A stretch of 64,000 bases of DNA, taken from assembly GCA_900751695.1 (NCBI GenBank), contig CAADSS010000011.1, forward strand, positions 3,052-67,051. Reading direction: 5' to 3'. The notes beneath the pieces were generated by a model. That model was not told where the DNA came from, searched no databases, and saw only the letters and a list, made by a program, of their open reading frames with translations. The first letter of the stretch is position 1. Each line of letters starts with the position of its first letter. Below, one piece after another: positions 31,677 to 42,653 of this stretch. The position numbers and the translations under genes were made by a program. The stretch comes from an uncultured Collinsella sp. Its GTDB lineage: Bacteria; Actinomycetota; Coriobacteriia; Coriobacteriales; Coriobacteriaceae.

Positions 31677-32882
31677 CTACTTGACCTCGATGAGCTCATA
31701 CTCGCTCGTGCCCAGGCCAATCTTCTCGGCGTGCGCGATGCACACGCGCCAGTCGGTGTCGGGATGCGTGATGCAGAAGGGATCCTTGGCCTGCTCGCCC
31801 TCCAGATACTCGTGGTTGTGCTCCATCTTGGCCGCGCTATCGGTGAGCTCGGTGTTGGGCAGCGGCTCGGATGCCATGACGGCATCGGCGCAGGCCTGGT
31901 CAATGGCGACCGGGTCGAAGCTCGCGAACATGCCGATATCGTTGACGATAGGCGTGTCGTTTTCGGGATGGCAATCGCAGTTGGGGCTGATGTCCATGGC
32001 AAGCGAGATGTGGAAGCTCGGGCGGCCGTCGACGACGGCCTTCGTATACTCGGCGATCTTGCAGTTGAGCACGTCGGCCGCGGCCTCATAGCCGGGCTTG
32101 ATGCAGTCCTGGTTGCATGCCGCAATGCAGCGTCCGCAGCCCACGCAGCGATCGTGGTCGATGGCAGCCACGTGCACCGTGCGAGTGTTGCCGTTGGCAA
32201 GCTCGCGCTCGCGGGTATCGTCAAACGAGATGGCGTTGTGCGCACAGATCTTTTCGCAGGCATGGCAGCCAACGCAGTGCTCGGTCGCGACGTTCGGCTT
32301 GCCGGCGGCATGCTGCTCCATCTTGCCGGCACGGCTGCCGCCTCCCATGCCCAGGTTCTTCATGGCGCCGCCAAAACCGGCCTGCTCATGGCCCTTAAAG
32401 TGGGTGAGGCTGATCACGATATCGGCATCCATGAGCGCCTGACCGATCTTGGCCTCGTGCACGTACTCGCCGCCCTCGACCGGGACGAGCGCCTCGTCGG
32501 TGCCCTTGAGGCCGTCGGCGATGATGATCTGGCAACCCGTGGCATACGGGGTAAAGCCGTTCTGGTAGGCGGTGTCGATGTGCTCGAGCGCGTTTTTGCG
32601 GCTACCGACATAGAGCGTGTTGCAGTCGGTGAGGAAGGGCTTGCCGCCCAGCTCCTTCACCACGTCGGCGACGGCGCGAGCGTAGTTGGGGCGCAAAAAG
32701 CTCAGGTTGCCCAGCTCGCCAAAGTGAATCTTAATGGCGACGAACTTGTTCTCAAAGTCGATCTGCTCAATACCGGCGTGACGGATGAGGCGCTTGAGCT
32801 TGTCGAGCTGGCTCTCGCGAGCATGCGTGCGCAGGTTTGTGAAGTACACCTTAGCGGGTGCTGCGGGTGCAGTTGCGGTCAT
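31677..32882 (-). CDS. DUF362 family Fe-S protein with 2x[4Fe-4S] ferredoxin insert
   Basis: KIHFGE, HFKGH, CVGCHACEKIC, CVGCGRCIAAC, PNCDC. Confidence 0.88.
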   Translation of the reverse strand: MTATAPAAPAKVYFTNLRTHARESQLDKLKRLIRHAGIEQIDFENKFVAIKIHFGELGNLSFLRPNYARAVADVVKELGGKPFLTDCNTLYVGSRKNALEHIDTAYQNGFTPYATGCQIIIADGLKGTDEALVPVEGGEYVHEAKIGQALMDADIVISLTHFKGHEQAGFGGAMKNLGMGGGSRAGKMEQHAAGKPNVATEHCVGCHACEKICAHNAISFDDTRERELANGNTRTVHVAAIDHDRCVGCGRCIAACNQDCIKPGYEAAADVLNCKIAEYTKAVVDGRPSFHISLAMDISPNCDCHPENDTPIVNDIGMFASFDPVAIDQACADAVMASEPLPNTELTDSAAKMEHNHEYLEGEQAKDPFCITHPDTDWRVCIAHAEKIGLGTSEYELIEVK

Positions 32883-32964
32883 AGATATATCCCCTCGGTC
32901 TATATGGCGTTACAGACATAGAGGATGGTACCAGTTAAAGCAGAGTTAAAGTCAAGTACGGAAC

Positions 32965-33091
32965 CTAGTCGTTGGGAACGTTCTTAAATGACCAGTCGCA
33001 AGGGACACTCTTTCGCCGCCCGGCAGTTGGGGACGTTCCTTTCCTGCCGGCCGGCGAGCCGACGAATGGCAAGGACTGTCCCCGATGGCTA
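32965..33091. repeat. TAGYCATTGGGGAC-family composite repeat (left of ABC pair)
   Basis: Direct-repeat counterpart of 36572-36715; ends on the permease stop codon. Confidence 0.85.
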
Positions 33092-35755
33092 CTCCTGCAC
33101 TTTGAGGGCTTCGGCCAGACTGACGCGCTTGATGGAGCGCGTGTGCAGCAGCGCCACGACCAGGTAGGTCGCAAAGCCGATTCCTGCGCACGCCGCCATG
33201 GACCAAGCGGGCACGTAGATCTCGATATTGCCGTTGTAGACGAGCAGCATCGAGCGGAAGATGGCCGTGAGCGAGCCGATGATCACGGGCAGGCTCAGCA
33301 CGAGCGACGCCGCCACGCACAGCGTGATCGAGCGGATGTACAGACGCGAGATCTCGCCATCGCGATAGCCAAAGACCTTCATGTAGCTAATCGAACGGGC
33401 GCTGTGGTCGATCACAGCCTTGGTCAGCAGGTACATAAACAGCAGAAAGATGAACACCGCGAGCCCGACCATCATGCCGATCATTTTGCTCATCATGCCG
33501 ATGAACTGGTCGCCCACGGCACGCATGTCGTCGGGCGTGGTGTCGCCGGCAAAGTAACGAGCATCGAGGTTGAGCTTCTCGTCGCTCACATAGCCGTTAA
33601 AGTAGGCGGCGTCGTTGCCGAACAGCTCGTTAAAGTCGTCGATGCTCATATAGACATTCATATCCGACTTAGAGCCCCAAACGCAGTCCTTGCCCACGTA
33701 CTCAAAGGAATAATTCTTGCCCTCGTACTTGTCGCGAAGCTTAACCTTCTGACCCTCGCTCCAGCCAAACTTGTCGAGCAAGCCACCGCCAAAGACGACG
33801 CGTCCGTTGCCGACGTTGAGGTCTTTCCAATAGCGCGAATCGGATGAAATGCCGTAGACGGAAATCGTCTCCTCGCCATTTCCATCGCCGCGGTCGTATT
33901 GCAGCTGGTAAACGGCGTATTTCTCGGCCTGTGCGATTGCGCCCGCGCCGTTATCGGTCGTATTGACCGGGTGGATATCGTCGTTGTCAGTGTCGATCTT
34001 AGAGGCCTTGCCGATCAGGTCGATAGTCTCATCGCGGTCGCAGCCGAGAGCGTCGGCAAGGTCATCGAGGCGCGCATAAAGCGCATCCTTCTTGTCCTGG
34101 ACCTTGGCAAGCGCATCCTGCGCTGCGGTCAGGCTCTCGGCAGACGGAGATGCGGTCGCGGCATCGGCTGCCGCCTGCGCCGCATCGGCCGCGTCGTCAA
34201 GCTCGTCATCGGCATCCTGAGCGGCGGAAAGCAGCGCGCCGTCCACCGACTGCAAGCGCTCGAGTGCCGACCACTGCTCACGTTCCTCGGCGGTGCCCTC
34301 AAGCTCCAGCGGCGCCTTGAGCGTGTACTGGTACTCGGCGACCAGGCTCGTCTCGAGGTTATCCGCGTAGTGCGTCATCGTGGGCAGAATCGCCAGGCCA
34401 AAGAGCAGCAGCAGCGACGCAAACGCAATACCTACGAAGAGCGTGGCGAAGTTGCCCAGGTTGCGCAGGAAAATACGCAGGCGGAAGCGCGAGACAAAAC
34501 CCACGCGCTCCGGCAGCTGCAGGCCGCGCTTGGTGCCAGATTTGCCGCTCGCCTCGTGACGAAGGAACTGCAACGGCGTCTTGTCCATCTTGCGAAGCAG
34601 GCCCACCAGCGTGATGAGAATGAGCGCAGCGGCGGGAACCACGGCGCACTTCACAAAGATCCCCCAGCTCCAGTACACCTGGAAGGGAGGCAGGCTGTAC
34701 GAACCGTAATAGAGGCTGCGCATGGGCTCGGTAAAGAACACAACGCCGAGCGCGGTGCCCAAAAGCGCCGCGATCACGCCCACGGTAGCGGGAAGCGCAA
34801 GGTAGTGCAGGACGATCTCGCGTCGACGATAGCCGCTGGCGAGCAGCGTGCCGATGATGGCGCTCTCCTCCTCGATGGTGGCGTCGGTAAGGACCACAAA
34901 GACGAACGCCATGATCACGATGATGATGTCGAGCAGCGTCATCCACATCATGGAGTCGCCGTCTACGTCGTCGCGCGCATAGCCAATGCCCTGGTTGGAA
35001 TCGGCATCGATCAGATCGTCCACGCGCGCATCGGCGTCGGTCAGCGCCTCGACCATATCCTGCTCCGCATCGATGCGATCCGCGGTGGGGAGGTCGCGAT
35101 CGGCAAAGGTAAAGGAGTAGGTGTAGGCGGGCGCGCCGCCGGCATCCTCGAGCGCGGCAAAGCCGGCATCGGTGACCTCGGCCACGCCATAAGTGATGGT
35201 GTTCACCGTAAAGTCCGAATTGTTGAGGAACAGCGCCTGGCTATCGGGCTGGGTCATGATGCCGCAGATGGTGTAGGTGCGGCCCTCAAGCTCGACCTTA
35301 TCGCCCACGGACAGGTTGTTATTGGTGGCGAAGACACGGTCGATCGCCACTTCATCGTCCGTTTTGGGCTCCTTGCCCTCACAGTAGGACGCGATATCGA
35401 CCTTGGTGCGGTGCGCATAGGTGCGCAGCGTGCGCTTGGTGCCGTCGTCGCCAGCGGTCTTTTTGATGATGGCGTCGATGGAGAAATTCTTGTAGAGCGT
35501 GACGCCGCCGACGTCGCCGGCTGCATCCTCGGCGGCCTTGAGTTGATCGTCGGTAGCCTCGAAGGAGGTGGTCACGCGGCCGTCCTCAATCGTGTACGCA
35601 TCGCGCATGTCGTCGATAAGGCAACCGATAGAATGCGCTGCGAGCAAAAAGCCCGAGGTGAGAGCGATGCTTCCGCACATAAGAAGAAAGATGCCCAGGT
35701 ACTTGCCGATATTGCGGCGCAGCTCGCGCGGGAGACGTTTTGCGAGAGGTGTCAT
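33089..35755 (-). CDS. ABC transporter permease (FtsX/MacB-like, double)
   Basis: IGTLLASGY and ISYMKVFGY FtsX signatures; start 35755. Confidence 0.88.
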   Translation of the reverse strand: MTPLAKRLPRELRRNIGKYLGIFLLMCGSIALTSGFLLAAHSIGCLIDDMRDAYTIEDGRVTTSFEATDDQLKAAEDAAGDVGGVTLYKNFSIDAIIKKTAGDDGTKRTLRTYAHRTKVDIASYCEGKEPKTDDEVAIDRVFATNNNLSVGDKVELEGRTYTICGIMTQPDSQALFLNNSDFTVNTITYGVAEVTDAGFAALEDAGGAPAYTYSFTFADRDLPTADRIDAEQDMVEALTDADARVDDLIDADSNQGIGYARDDVDGDSMMWMTLLDIIIVIMAFVFVVLTDATIEEESAIIGTLLASGYRRREIVLHYLALPATVGVIAALLGTALGVVFFTEPMRSLYYGSYSLPPFQVYWSWGIFVKCAVVPAAALILITLVGLLRKMDKTPLQFLRHEASGKSGTKRGLQLPERVGFVSRFRLRIFLRNLGNFATLFVGIAFASLLLLFGLAILPTMTHYADNLETSLVAEYQYTLKAPLELEGTAEEREQWSALERLQSVDGALLSAAQDADDELDDAADAAQAAADAATASPSAESLTAAQDALAKVQDKKDALYARLDDLADALGCDRDETIDLIGKASKIDTDNDDIHPVNTTDNGAGAIAQAEKYAVYQLQYDRGDGNGEETISVYGISSDSRYWKDLNVGNGRVVFGGGLLDKFGWSEGQKVKLRDKYEGKNYSFEYVGKDCVWGSKSDMNVYMSIDDFNELFGNDAAYFNGYVSDEKLNLDARYFAGDTTPDDMRAVGDQFIGMMSKMIGMMVGLAVFIFLLFMYLLTKAVIDHSARSISYMKVFGYRDGEISRLYIRSITLCVAASLVLSLPVIIGSLTAIFRSMLLVYNGNIEIYVPAWSMAACAGIGFATYLVVALLHTRSIKRVSLAEALKVQE

Positions 35756-35763
35756 GGCGCCGC

Positions 35764-36477
<714 letters not shown>

Positions 36478-36571
36478 GGTATCCCCCGTTGTTAGCCTCG
36501 TACTACTTTATGAACGTAATAGTAAACCTTGGCGAACTATTTTGGGGCGAGAGTGGGGATTTGTTTCAAGA

Positions 36572-36753
36572 CTAGTCATTGGGGACGTTCTTAAATGACT
36601 AGCTGTTGGGGACACTCTTTCGCCACCCGGCAGTTAGGGACGTTCCCTTTCTGCCGGCAGCTGGGGACAGTCCTTAGCAAGCCGGCGGTTCGGCAAAGAC
36701 TGTCCCCAATGACTAGTCGTTTAAGTCCGTCCCCAATGAGTACCCAATGACTA
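36572..36753. repeat. TAGYCATTGGGGAC-family composite repeat (right of ABC pair)
   Basis: ctagtcattggggac..gtccccaatgactag with nested gggac/gtccc arms. Confidence 0.88.
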
Positions 36754-36758
36754 GGTGG

Positions 36759-37964
36759 CTAGGCGTGGGATTTGGTGCGTGCGAGGGCTAGGCCTACGGC
36801 GGCGATGGCCGCGGCAAAGAGCACCGTGACGCCCAGGTCGCAGGCGATGTCGCCCAGCACGGTGGACGTCAGGTCCGCGGCGAGCGCCTTGCCGATCGCG
36901 TCGTTCACCCAATACGTCGGCACAAAATGCGCCGCGGTCTGCACGTCCGAGCCCATGAGCGACAGCGGCATCCAGGCGCCGCCCAAAAACGTCATGAGCA
37001 TGCCGAGTAAGTTGCCCACGCCGTTGAGCAGCTCCTCGCGCGCGCCCAAGCTCGACAGCGTAAAGCCAACGGCCAGCGGCGTGCACGCCAGGGCAAACGT
37101 CACCGCCAGCGCCAGACACACACGACCCGCGCCGACCTCGGCAACCGCGCCGGCAAAGCCCACGACGCCCATCATGCTCGACACGAGCCAAATGCAGACG
37201 GTGAGCACGGCGGCGGCCGCAAACACGGCAAGCGAACGCTGACGCTCGGAGACCGGGCTGGCATCCATGCGGCGCACGCGCTCGGGCTCGTTCATGCCCG
37301 AGAACACCAGCCCCACCGACACGATGACCGACGAGATAATCGCATACGCGCCAAAGTTGAAATACGACTCGAGCGTGGCAGCAGCAGCCGAGTCGACCTT
37401 GACCCGCTCGATCTGGACCTCCGCGCGCTTTGCAGCGGCATGCTCGGCGGCCTTGGCAACGTCGCCGTTAGAAGCAGCGGGCTCAAGCGCCGCCGCAGCG
37501 CCCGCGAGCGAGATCCAGCGCGAGGCCTCGGCAGACGACAGCGCCGCCGCCATGGTGCCGGCACCGTAGGTCACATCGAGCTTGGGCAGGGACTCCCCCG
37601 CGCGGGCAGCCGCGACCAGGTCGTCCTCGAACCCCTCCGGGATAAAGAACACGCAGTCGGCGCTGCCCTTGGCGCTGTTGCTCTTGGAGAGCGCGTCCGC
37701 AAGGTCGTACGTGTCATCGCCGACGCCCGTGACCAGGTCAAACCGCGAACCTAGGTGCTTGGTGAGCGCACGTGAAAGATCACTGCCATCGCGGTCGACC
37801 ACGATCACGTTGGCGTCGTAGGGCTTGTACTCGGTGAGCTGCGACGAGTTCCAGCTCACCGATGCCGCGATGAATACGCCCATCAGCGAAATGAACACCG
37901 TGTAGATGAGCAGGTAGAACGGGTGAGCGAGCGCCATGCGAAGCGCGGTCTTAAAGGTGCTCAT
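36759..37964 (-). CDS. ABC-2 type transporter permease
   Basis: N-terminal TM, large loop, FLGGAWMP, PTYW; start 37964. Confidence 0.85.
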   Translation of the reverse strand: MSTFKTALRMALAHPFYLLIYTVFISLMGVFIAASVSWNSSQLTEYKPYDANVIVVDRDGSDLSRALTKHLGSRFDLVTGVGDDTYDLADALSKSNSAKGSADCVFFIPEGFEDDLVAAARAGESLPKLDVTYGAGTMAAALSSAEASRWISLAGAAAALEPAASNGDVAKAAEHAAAKRAEVQIERVKVDSAAAATLESYFNFGAYAIISSVIVSVGLVFSGMNEPERVRRMDASPVSERQRSLAVFAAAAVLTVCIWLVSSMMGVVGFAGAVAEVGAGRVCLALAVTFALACTPLAVGFTLSSLGAREELLNGVGNLLGMLMTFLGGAWMPLSLMGSDVQTAAHFVPTYWVNDAIGKALAADLTSTVLGDIACDLGVTVLFAAAIAAVGLALARTKSHA

Positions 37965-39138
37965 AGCGGCTCCTTCCAAAGATCAGCGTGGCGGCGGCAA
38001 CGAACAGGAGTGCCATGAGGACCAGTGCGCCGGCGCGAACGGCAAAAGGATCCAGGTCCTCAAAGAAATACAGGCGGTTGAACATGTCGCAGATGAGCTT
38101 GACGGGGTTGAGCCAGCACTCGGCCGGACAGGCGCGGGCGACGTCATCGGCAAGCGCCATCGCCGGTTCGCCGTAGAGCCCAGCGAACAAAGCGCACGTG
38201 GTGGCAAAGCCTGTGAGGATGCCCGACTTGGATGCCTTGCCGCCCTTAACGGGAAGCGTGCCCACAAAGAGTCCCAAGCCCGTGGCGGCAAGCGCGGAAG
38301 CGGCACCGCCCACCAGACACAGCCCCTCGCGCCCGCCAAAGTCGACGCCCACAACCAGGCGCACGTAGCCGATCGCGATCGCCATCGAGGCAAAGGAGAC
38401 CAGCCACGAGCCCACAAAGATACCGGCCAGCGACGCCGTTTTGGAAAGACCGCCCGCGCAGCGGCGCGCGCCAAGGCCCGACAGATTGAGCTGCAGATCG
38501 ACGACGCTCAAGGCGGCAAACTCCGCAGACATCATCGCGACCAGGCCAAAGAGCGCGTAATAGTAGATGACCGTGCCATCGGGCGTGGTGCGTGTCAGGC
38601 TTACGCGGCGGGTGCCGCCCTCGAGCGACAGGGCGCGCGCAACCGCCTCCGGGTCGGCGAGCGCCGCCGGGTTGTCCTGGGCAATCTGAGACATGAGCTC
38701 GGCATTTTGTGTATACGAGCTTGCCACCGTTTCCAGGATGCTGCGATCGGTGAGCACCGATGATGCGCGCGAGCTGTCGTAGCTCGATAGCAGCGTGAGC
38801 TTGGGTACGCCTGCGTCGTCGACCGTATAGATGCCCGCAACCTCGCCGGCCTCGAGCGCTTTGCGCGCGGCAGCTAAGTCTTCGTACTCGCTCACATCGA
38901 GCAGCTGATTCTCGCCCTCCTTGGCAAGCGAAGTCGCCACGTCCTTAAAGGACGAAGCGCCCCAGGCCTCATCCGCTACGACGGCCACTGGCACCGGGTC
39001 GACCGTGCCGTCGGAGCTGAGGTTCGCAAACATAAACATAAACATCGTGGAAAGCGCGATGGGAAAGAGAGCGCCCCAAACCCACGTGCTCGGCCGGCGC
39101 AGCAGCGTCTTGACCGTAATGATAATGGTGTTGAACAT
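37951..39138 (-). CDS. ABC-2 type transporter permease
   Basis: WGALFPIAL, YYYALFG, FAGLY, LNPV. Confidence 0.85.
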   Translation of the reverse strand: MFNTIIITVKTLLRRPSTWVWGALFPIALSTMFMFMFANLSSDGTVDPVPVAVVADEAWGASSFKDVATSLAKEGENQLLDVSEYEDLAAARKALEAGEVAGIYTVDDAGVPKLTLLSSYDSSRASSVLTDRSILETVASSYTQNAELMSQIAQDNPAALADPEAVARALSLEGGTRRVSLTRTTPDGTVIYYYALFGLVAMMSAEFAALSVVDLQLNLSGLGARRCAGGLSKTASLAGIFVGSWLVSFASMAIAIGYVRLVVGVDFGGREGLCLVGGAASALAATGLGLFVGTLPVKGGKASKSGILTGFATTCALFAGLYGEPAMALADDVARACPAECWLNPVKLICDMFNRLYFFEDLDPFAVRAGALVLMALLFVAAATLIFGRSRYEHL

Positions 39139-39147
39139 GGCCGCCCC

Positions 39148-40086
39148 CTAGTCGCGCAGCTCGCGGCCGGTGATCTCGAGGAACACGTCGTTGAGGGTCG
39201 GTGGCTCGCTCCACACGCGGCCGAGCGCAACGTCGGCAGCGCGCAGCGTGTCGAGGATGTCGACCAGATTGTGCGGACTCGTCTCGCAGGTGCAGACGAG
39301 CTCGCCGCCGGACAGCTCGACGCTGAGCACGTGCTCGAGGGCGCGCAGCCGCTCGACCGTGGCTGGCTCGACGGCGCCCACCTCGACGGTCACGCGCTCG
39401 CCCATCTGAATCATGCGTTTGAGCTCGTCGTTGGTGCCCTGCGCCAGCACGCGGCCGCCGTCCATGATCATGATGCGGCTGCAGATCTGCTCGACTTCCT
39501 CCATGTAATGGCTGGTATACACCACCGTGGCGCCCTCGTCGCGCAGGCGGCAGATGCCCTCCAGGATGGCGTTGCGGCTCTGCGGGTCGACCGCCACCGT
39601 GGGCTCGTCAAAAAAGATGAGCTCGGGCTTGTGCGCGATGCCGCAGGCGATGTTGAGGCGTCGCGCCAGGCCGCCCGAGAGCTTGCCGGGGCGGAACTTG
39701 GCAAAGTCGCCCAGGCCGACAAAGTCGATGGCCTCGTCGACCAGCGCGCGGCGGCGCTTGCGGTCGTTGACGTAGAGGCTGCAGAAATAGTCGATGTTCT
39801 CGCGCACCGTGAGCTCGTCGAATACCGCCACCTGCTGCGGCACCACGCCGATGCGGCGCTTGAGGTCGTAGCGGGCGGGCGTCATGGGTTCGCCGAACAG
39901 CTCGATGGTGCCTTTGTCGTAGGCAAGCAGCTGCAAAATGCAGTTGATGGACGTGGTCTTGCCCGAGCCGTTGGGGCCCAGCAGGCCAAAGATCTCGCCG
40001 GGGGCGATGCTCAGGTTAAAGTGGTCGAGCGCAATAAGGTCGTCATAGCGCTTGACGAGGTTTTCGACGTGAACGATGTCTGTCAT
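39148..40086 (-). CDS. ABC transporter ATP-binding protein (DrrA-like)
   Basis: GPNGSGKT, LSGG, DEPT, ITGRELRD; start reset to 40086. Confidence 0.93.
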   Translation of the reverse strand: MTDIVHVENLVKRYDDLIALDHFNLSIAPGEIFGLLGPNGSGKTTSINCILQLLAYDKGTIELFGEPMTPARYDLKRRIGVVPQQVAVFDELTVRENIDYFCSLYVNDRKRRRALVDEAIDFVGLGDFAKFRPGKLSGGLARRLNIACGIAHKPELIFFDEPTVAVDPQSRNAILEGICRLRDEGATVVYTSHYMEEVEQICSRIMIMDGGRVLAQGTNDELKRMIQMGERVTVEVGAVEPATVERLRALEHVLSVELSGGELVCTCETSPHNLVDILDTLRAADVALGRVWSEPPTLNDVFLEITGRELRD

Positions 40087-40284
40087 GAGGCGGCCCTTCC
40101 GTTGATTGCGGCCCGGTACGATTGCATCATCGCAGGAGCCGCCGGCGCGCACCAGTGAGCTTTGTCACGAGTGCGGGGTCTTTGTCGTGCGGCCTGCCGA
40201 CGCCCCCGCTTTGCTGCGCGGGAGGAATGTCACGGTTGCGCAGGCGGCCCCTCCACCATGCGCGGCTTCGCGTACAATACCCGT

Positions 40285-41430
40285 ATGAACAGGCTTTTCG
40301 ACAAATCGATCGTGCTGGCGTGCTGTATTGCGGCCGCCATGGGTCTTGCTGTGGATGCCCGCATGGTCGCGGCGTTTTGCCTTGGCGTTATTGCCACCTC
40401 GCTGGCCGAGGTCGCACAGGAGGAACACGCGCGCCGCGCAAGCGAGGCCGCGAGCTACGTCTACATCATCGCGGCCGTCTTCATACCGCCGTTTGTGCCG
40501 TTTGCGCCTCTCGCTCTCTATGACATCGCGCGGCGCGTGCGCCGTGAGCACGCCTGGGTCGCGCTGGGCATTGGCTCCGTCTTTGCCCTTGCGCTCGTCG
40601 TGGACCTTCGCACCGACGCGCTCACCGCCCGAACGCTTCTGCTGACCGCCATCCTTTCGGTTGCCGCCACCTTGCTATCGCTACGTACCGCCCAGCTGGA
40701 GCGCGAGCAGCAGCGCATGCGCCGTACCCGCGACGAACTGCAGGAACGAGCCCTCGCGCTCGAGGCGCGCAACCGTGATCTTGCCGATCGCCAGGACTAC
40801 GAAGTCGAGCTCGCGACGCTCGCCGAACGCGCCCGCATCGCGCGCGAGATCCACGATAACGTCGGGCACCAGCTCACGCGTGCCTCACTGCAGGCCGAAG
40901 CCTTGCGCGTGGTCCACGCCGACGAGCCCGGCGTCGCCGCCGATTTCGCCGACGTCAAACGCACGGTTGACGAGGCGCTCCAGCTTGTGCGCACCAGCGT
41001 CCACGCGCTCAACGACAACGCCGTCGACCTTTCCGTGCAGCTCGAACGCATTGTTGAAGGCGCGCGCTCGGACGGCGGCCCGCAGATTGAGCTTGAAGTT
41101 TTGGCCGAGCATGCACCCGCCAACGTCGCCAACTGCTTTGCGGCGGTGCTGCGCGAGGCGCTTTCCAACGCCATGCGCCACGCTTGCGCCCAGACCGTCA
41201 CCGTACGATGCATGGAGCATCCGTCGTTTTACCAGCTCATCGTTACCGATGATGGCGCGGACGCGACCCCGGCGAGCAGCAGCAACGTCGTAGAAGGCAT
41301 GGGGCTCGCCTCCATGCGCGAGCGCGTCGAGGCGCTTGGCGGAACCTTCACCGCCGGCCTGCGCGCCGGCGCCCCCGGCTGGCGCGTGTTTGCCACCGTC
41401 CCCAAACAGCAAGGAGATGAGGACCGATGA
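40285..41430 (+). CDS. Sensor histidine kinase (HisKA_3)
   Basis: ERARIAREIHDNVGH, EALSNAMRHA, DDG, GMGL; start ATG 40285 lies 6 nt after TACAAT. Confidence 0.92.
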   Translation: MNRLFDKSIVLACCIAAAMGLAVDARMVAAFCLGVIATSLAEVAQEEHARRASEAASYVYIIAAVFIPPFVPFAPLALYDIARRVRREHAWVALGIGSVFALALVVDLRTDALTARTLLLTAILSVAATLLSLRTAQLEREQQRMRRTRDELQERALALEARNRDLADRQDYEVELATLAERARIAREIHDNVGHQLTRASLQAEALRVVHADEPGVAADFADVKRTVDEALQLVRTSVHALNDNAVDLSVQLERIVEGARSDGGPQIELEVLAEHAPANVANCFAAVLREALSNAMRHACAQTVTVRCMEHPSFYQLIVTDDGADATPASSSNVVEGMGLASMRERVEALGGTFTAGLRAGAPGWRVFATVPKQQGDEDR

Positions 41431-42056
41431 GGCTCATCGTTATCGACGACGACCGCCTAGTGGTCGATTCGCTCAAGATTATCCTGGGCGCCCAGCCGCA
41501 GATCGAGGTGGTGGGCACCGGCGCCAATGGCGACGCCGCAGTGGCTCTCTATGCCGAACACGCACCCGATATCGCGTTGCTCGACATTCAGATGCCGGGG
41601 CGCGACGGACTTTCAGCCGCGCGCGAGATCCTTGAGCACGACCCTGCGGCGCGCGTGGTGTTTCTGACGACGTTCTCGGATGACGAGTACATTGTGTCGG
41701 CGCTCAAGCTGGGCGCCCGCGGTTACCTGATCAAGACCGATGTCGCCGCCATTCCGCCAGCGTTGGCGCAGGTCATGGCTGGCAAGCGCGTGCTCGAGGG
41801 CAAGGCGATCGGGGATGTCGACTTTGATGGGGCGGACGCTGAAGCCGGCGCGACCCGCCGGCCCGCGGCCTTTGCCGGTCTGACCGACCGCGAGTTCGAA
41901 GTCGCCGAGCTCATCGCCCGCGGCCTCGACAACAAAGAGATCGCCGCCACCGCCTACATGGGCGAAGGCACCGTGCGCAACCACATCAGCTCAATCCTGG
42001 CAAAGATGGGCCTGCGCAACCGCACGCAGATCGCTATCGCCTACCTGCGAGGGTAG
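41427..42056 (+). CDS. NarL/LuxR family response regulator
   Basis: IDDD, LLDIQMP, LTDRE..GLDNKEIA..TVRNHISSI. Confidence 0.95.
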   Translation: MRLIVIDDDRLVVDSLKIILGAQPQIEVVGTGANGDAAVALYAEHAPDIALLDIQMPGRDGLSAAREILEHDPAARVVFLTTFSDDEYIVSALKLGARGYLIKTDVAAIPPALAQVMAGKRVLEGKAIGDVDFDGADAEAGATRRPAAFAGLTDREFEVAELIARGLDNKEIAATAYMGEGTVRNHISSILAKMGLRNRTQIAIAYLRG

Positions 42057-42116
42057 TTGCCCGAAGACCGACCGTTCCGGCATAGCAAAATGGCTGCTAC
42101 CGATTTAAGGCCATTT

Positions 42117-42270
42117 CAAAACTATGCCGGTTTACGGGGCCAAACTCAGGACCCCCATCCATACCCGCGTTTTCTGCAAAATGACGGCTCGTCTACCTGC
42201 GGTTTTATTTTCACGAATATCGGCATGGTTGGAGACTCGTAACTCAGCCCCGTAAACCGGCATAGTTTTG
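42117..42270. repeat. 154-bp element, perfect 24-bp terminal IR, core TCTACCTGCGGTTTT
   Basis: caaaactatgccggtttacggggc / gccccgtaaaccggcatagttttg; second copy at 49305-49457. Confidence 0.88.
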
Positions 42271-42361
42271 TTCGGGCGGCCCTGGACGAGTGCCTCCGCC
42301 AGCCTCGCGGGACCAAAATGATCCGTTTTCCTCCGTCCCCAAGGGATCAGCCGGAACCGCT

Positions 42362-42523
42362 CGCCACGAAATCGGCCCATCTACTACGTTTGACGCGATA
42401 CCCATGACCATACCTTCGTTTTGAACAAAACCACAGGCGTTCTACCTGCGGTTTTGTTTTCGCGTTTTTTGGTATGGTTGGGGGTAAGGGGCTAAACGTA
42501 GTAGATGGGCCGGTTTCGTGGCG
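42362..42523. repeat. 162-bp element, same core, different 30-bp terminal IR
   Basis: cgccacgaaatcggcccatctactacgttt / aaacgtagtagatgggccggtttcgtggcg (1 mismatch). Confidence 0.85.
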
Positions 42524-42653
42524 CGCCCCCGGCGCATAAAAGCGCCGCCACGGAGGAGGGAGATGCCTCCGTGGCGGCTGGGGGTAGGAGTAGGTCGGAA
42601 TTTAGCCCTGCCGGCCGCCCGGGGCCTTTTGGCCCGGGGCGCTGCCAGCGTGC

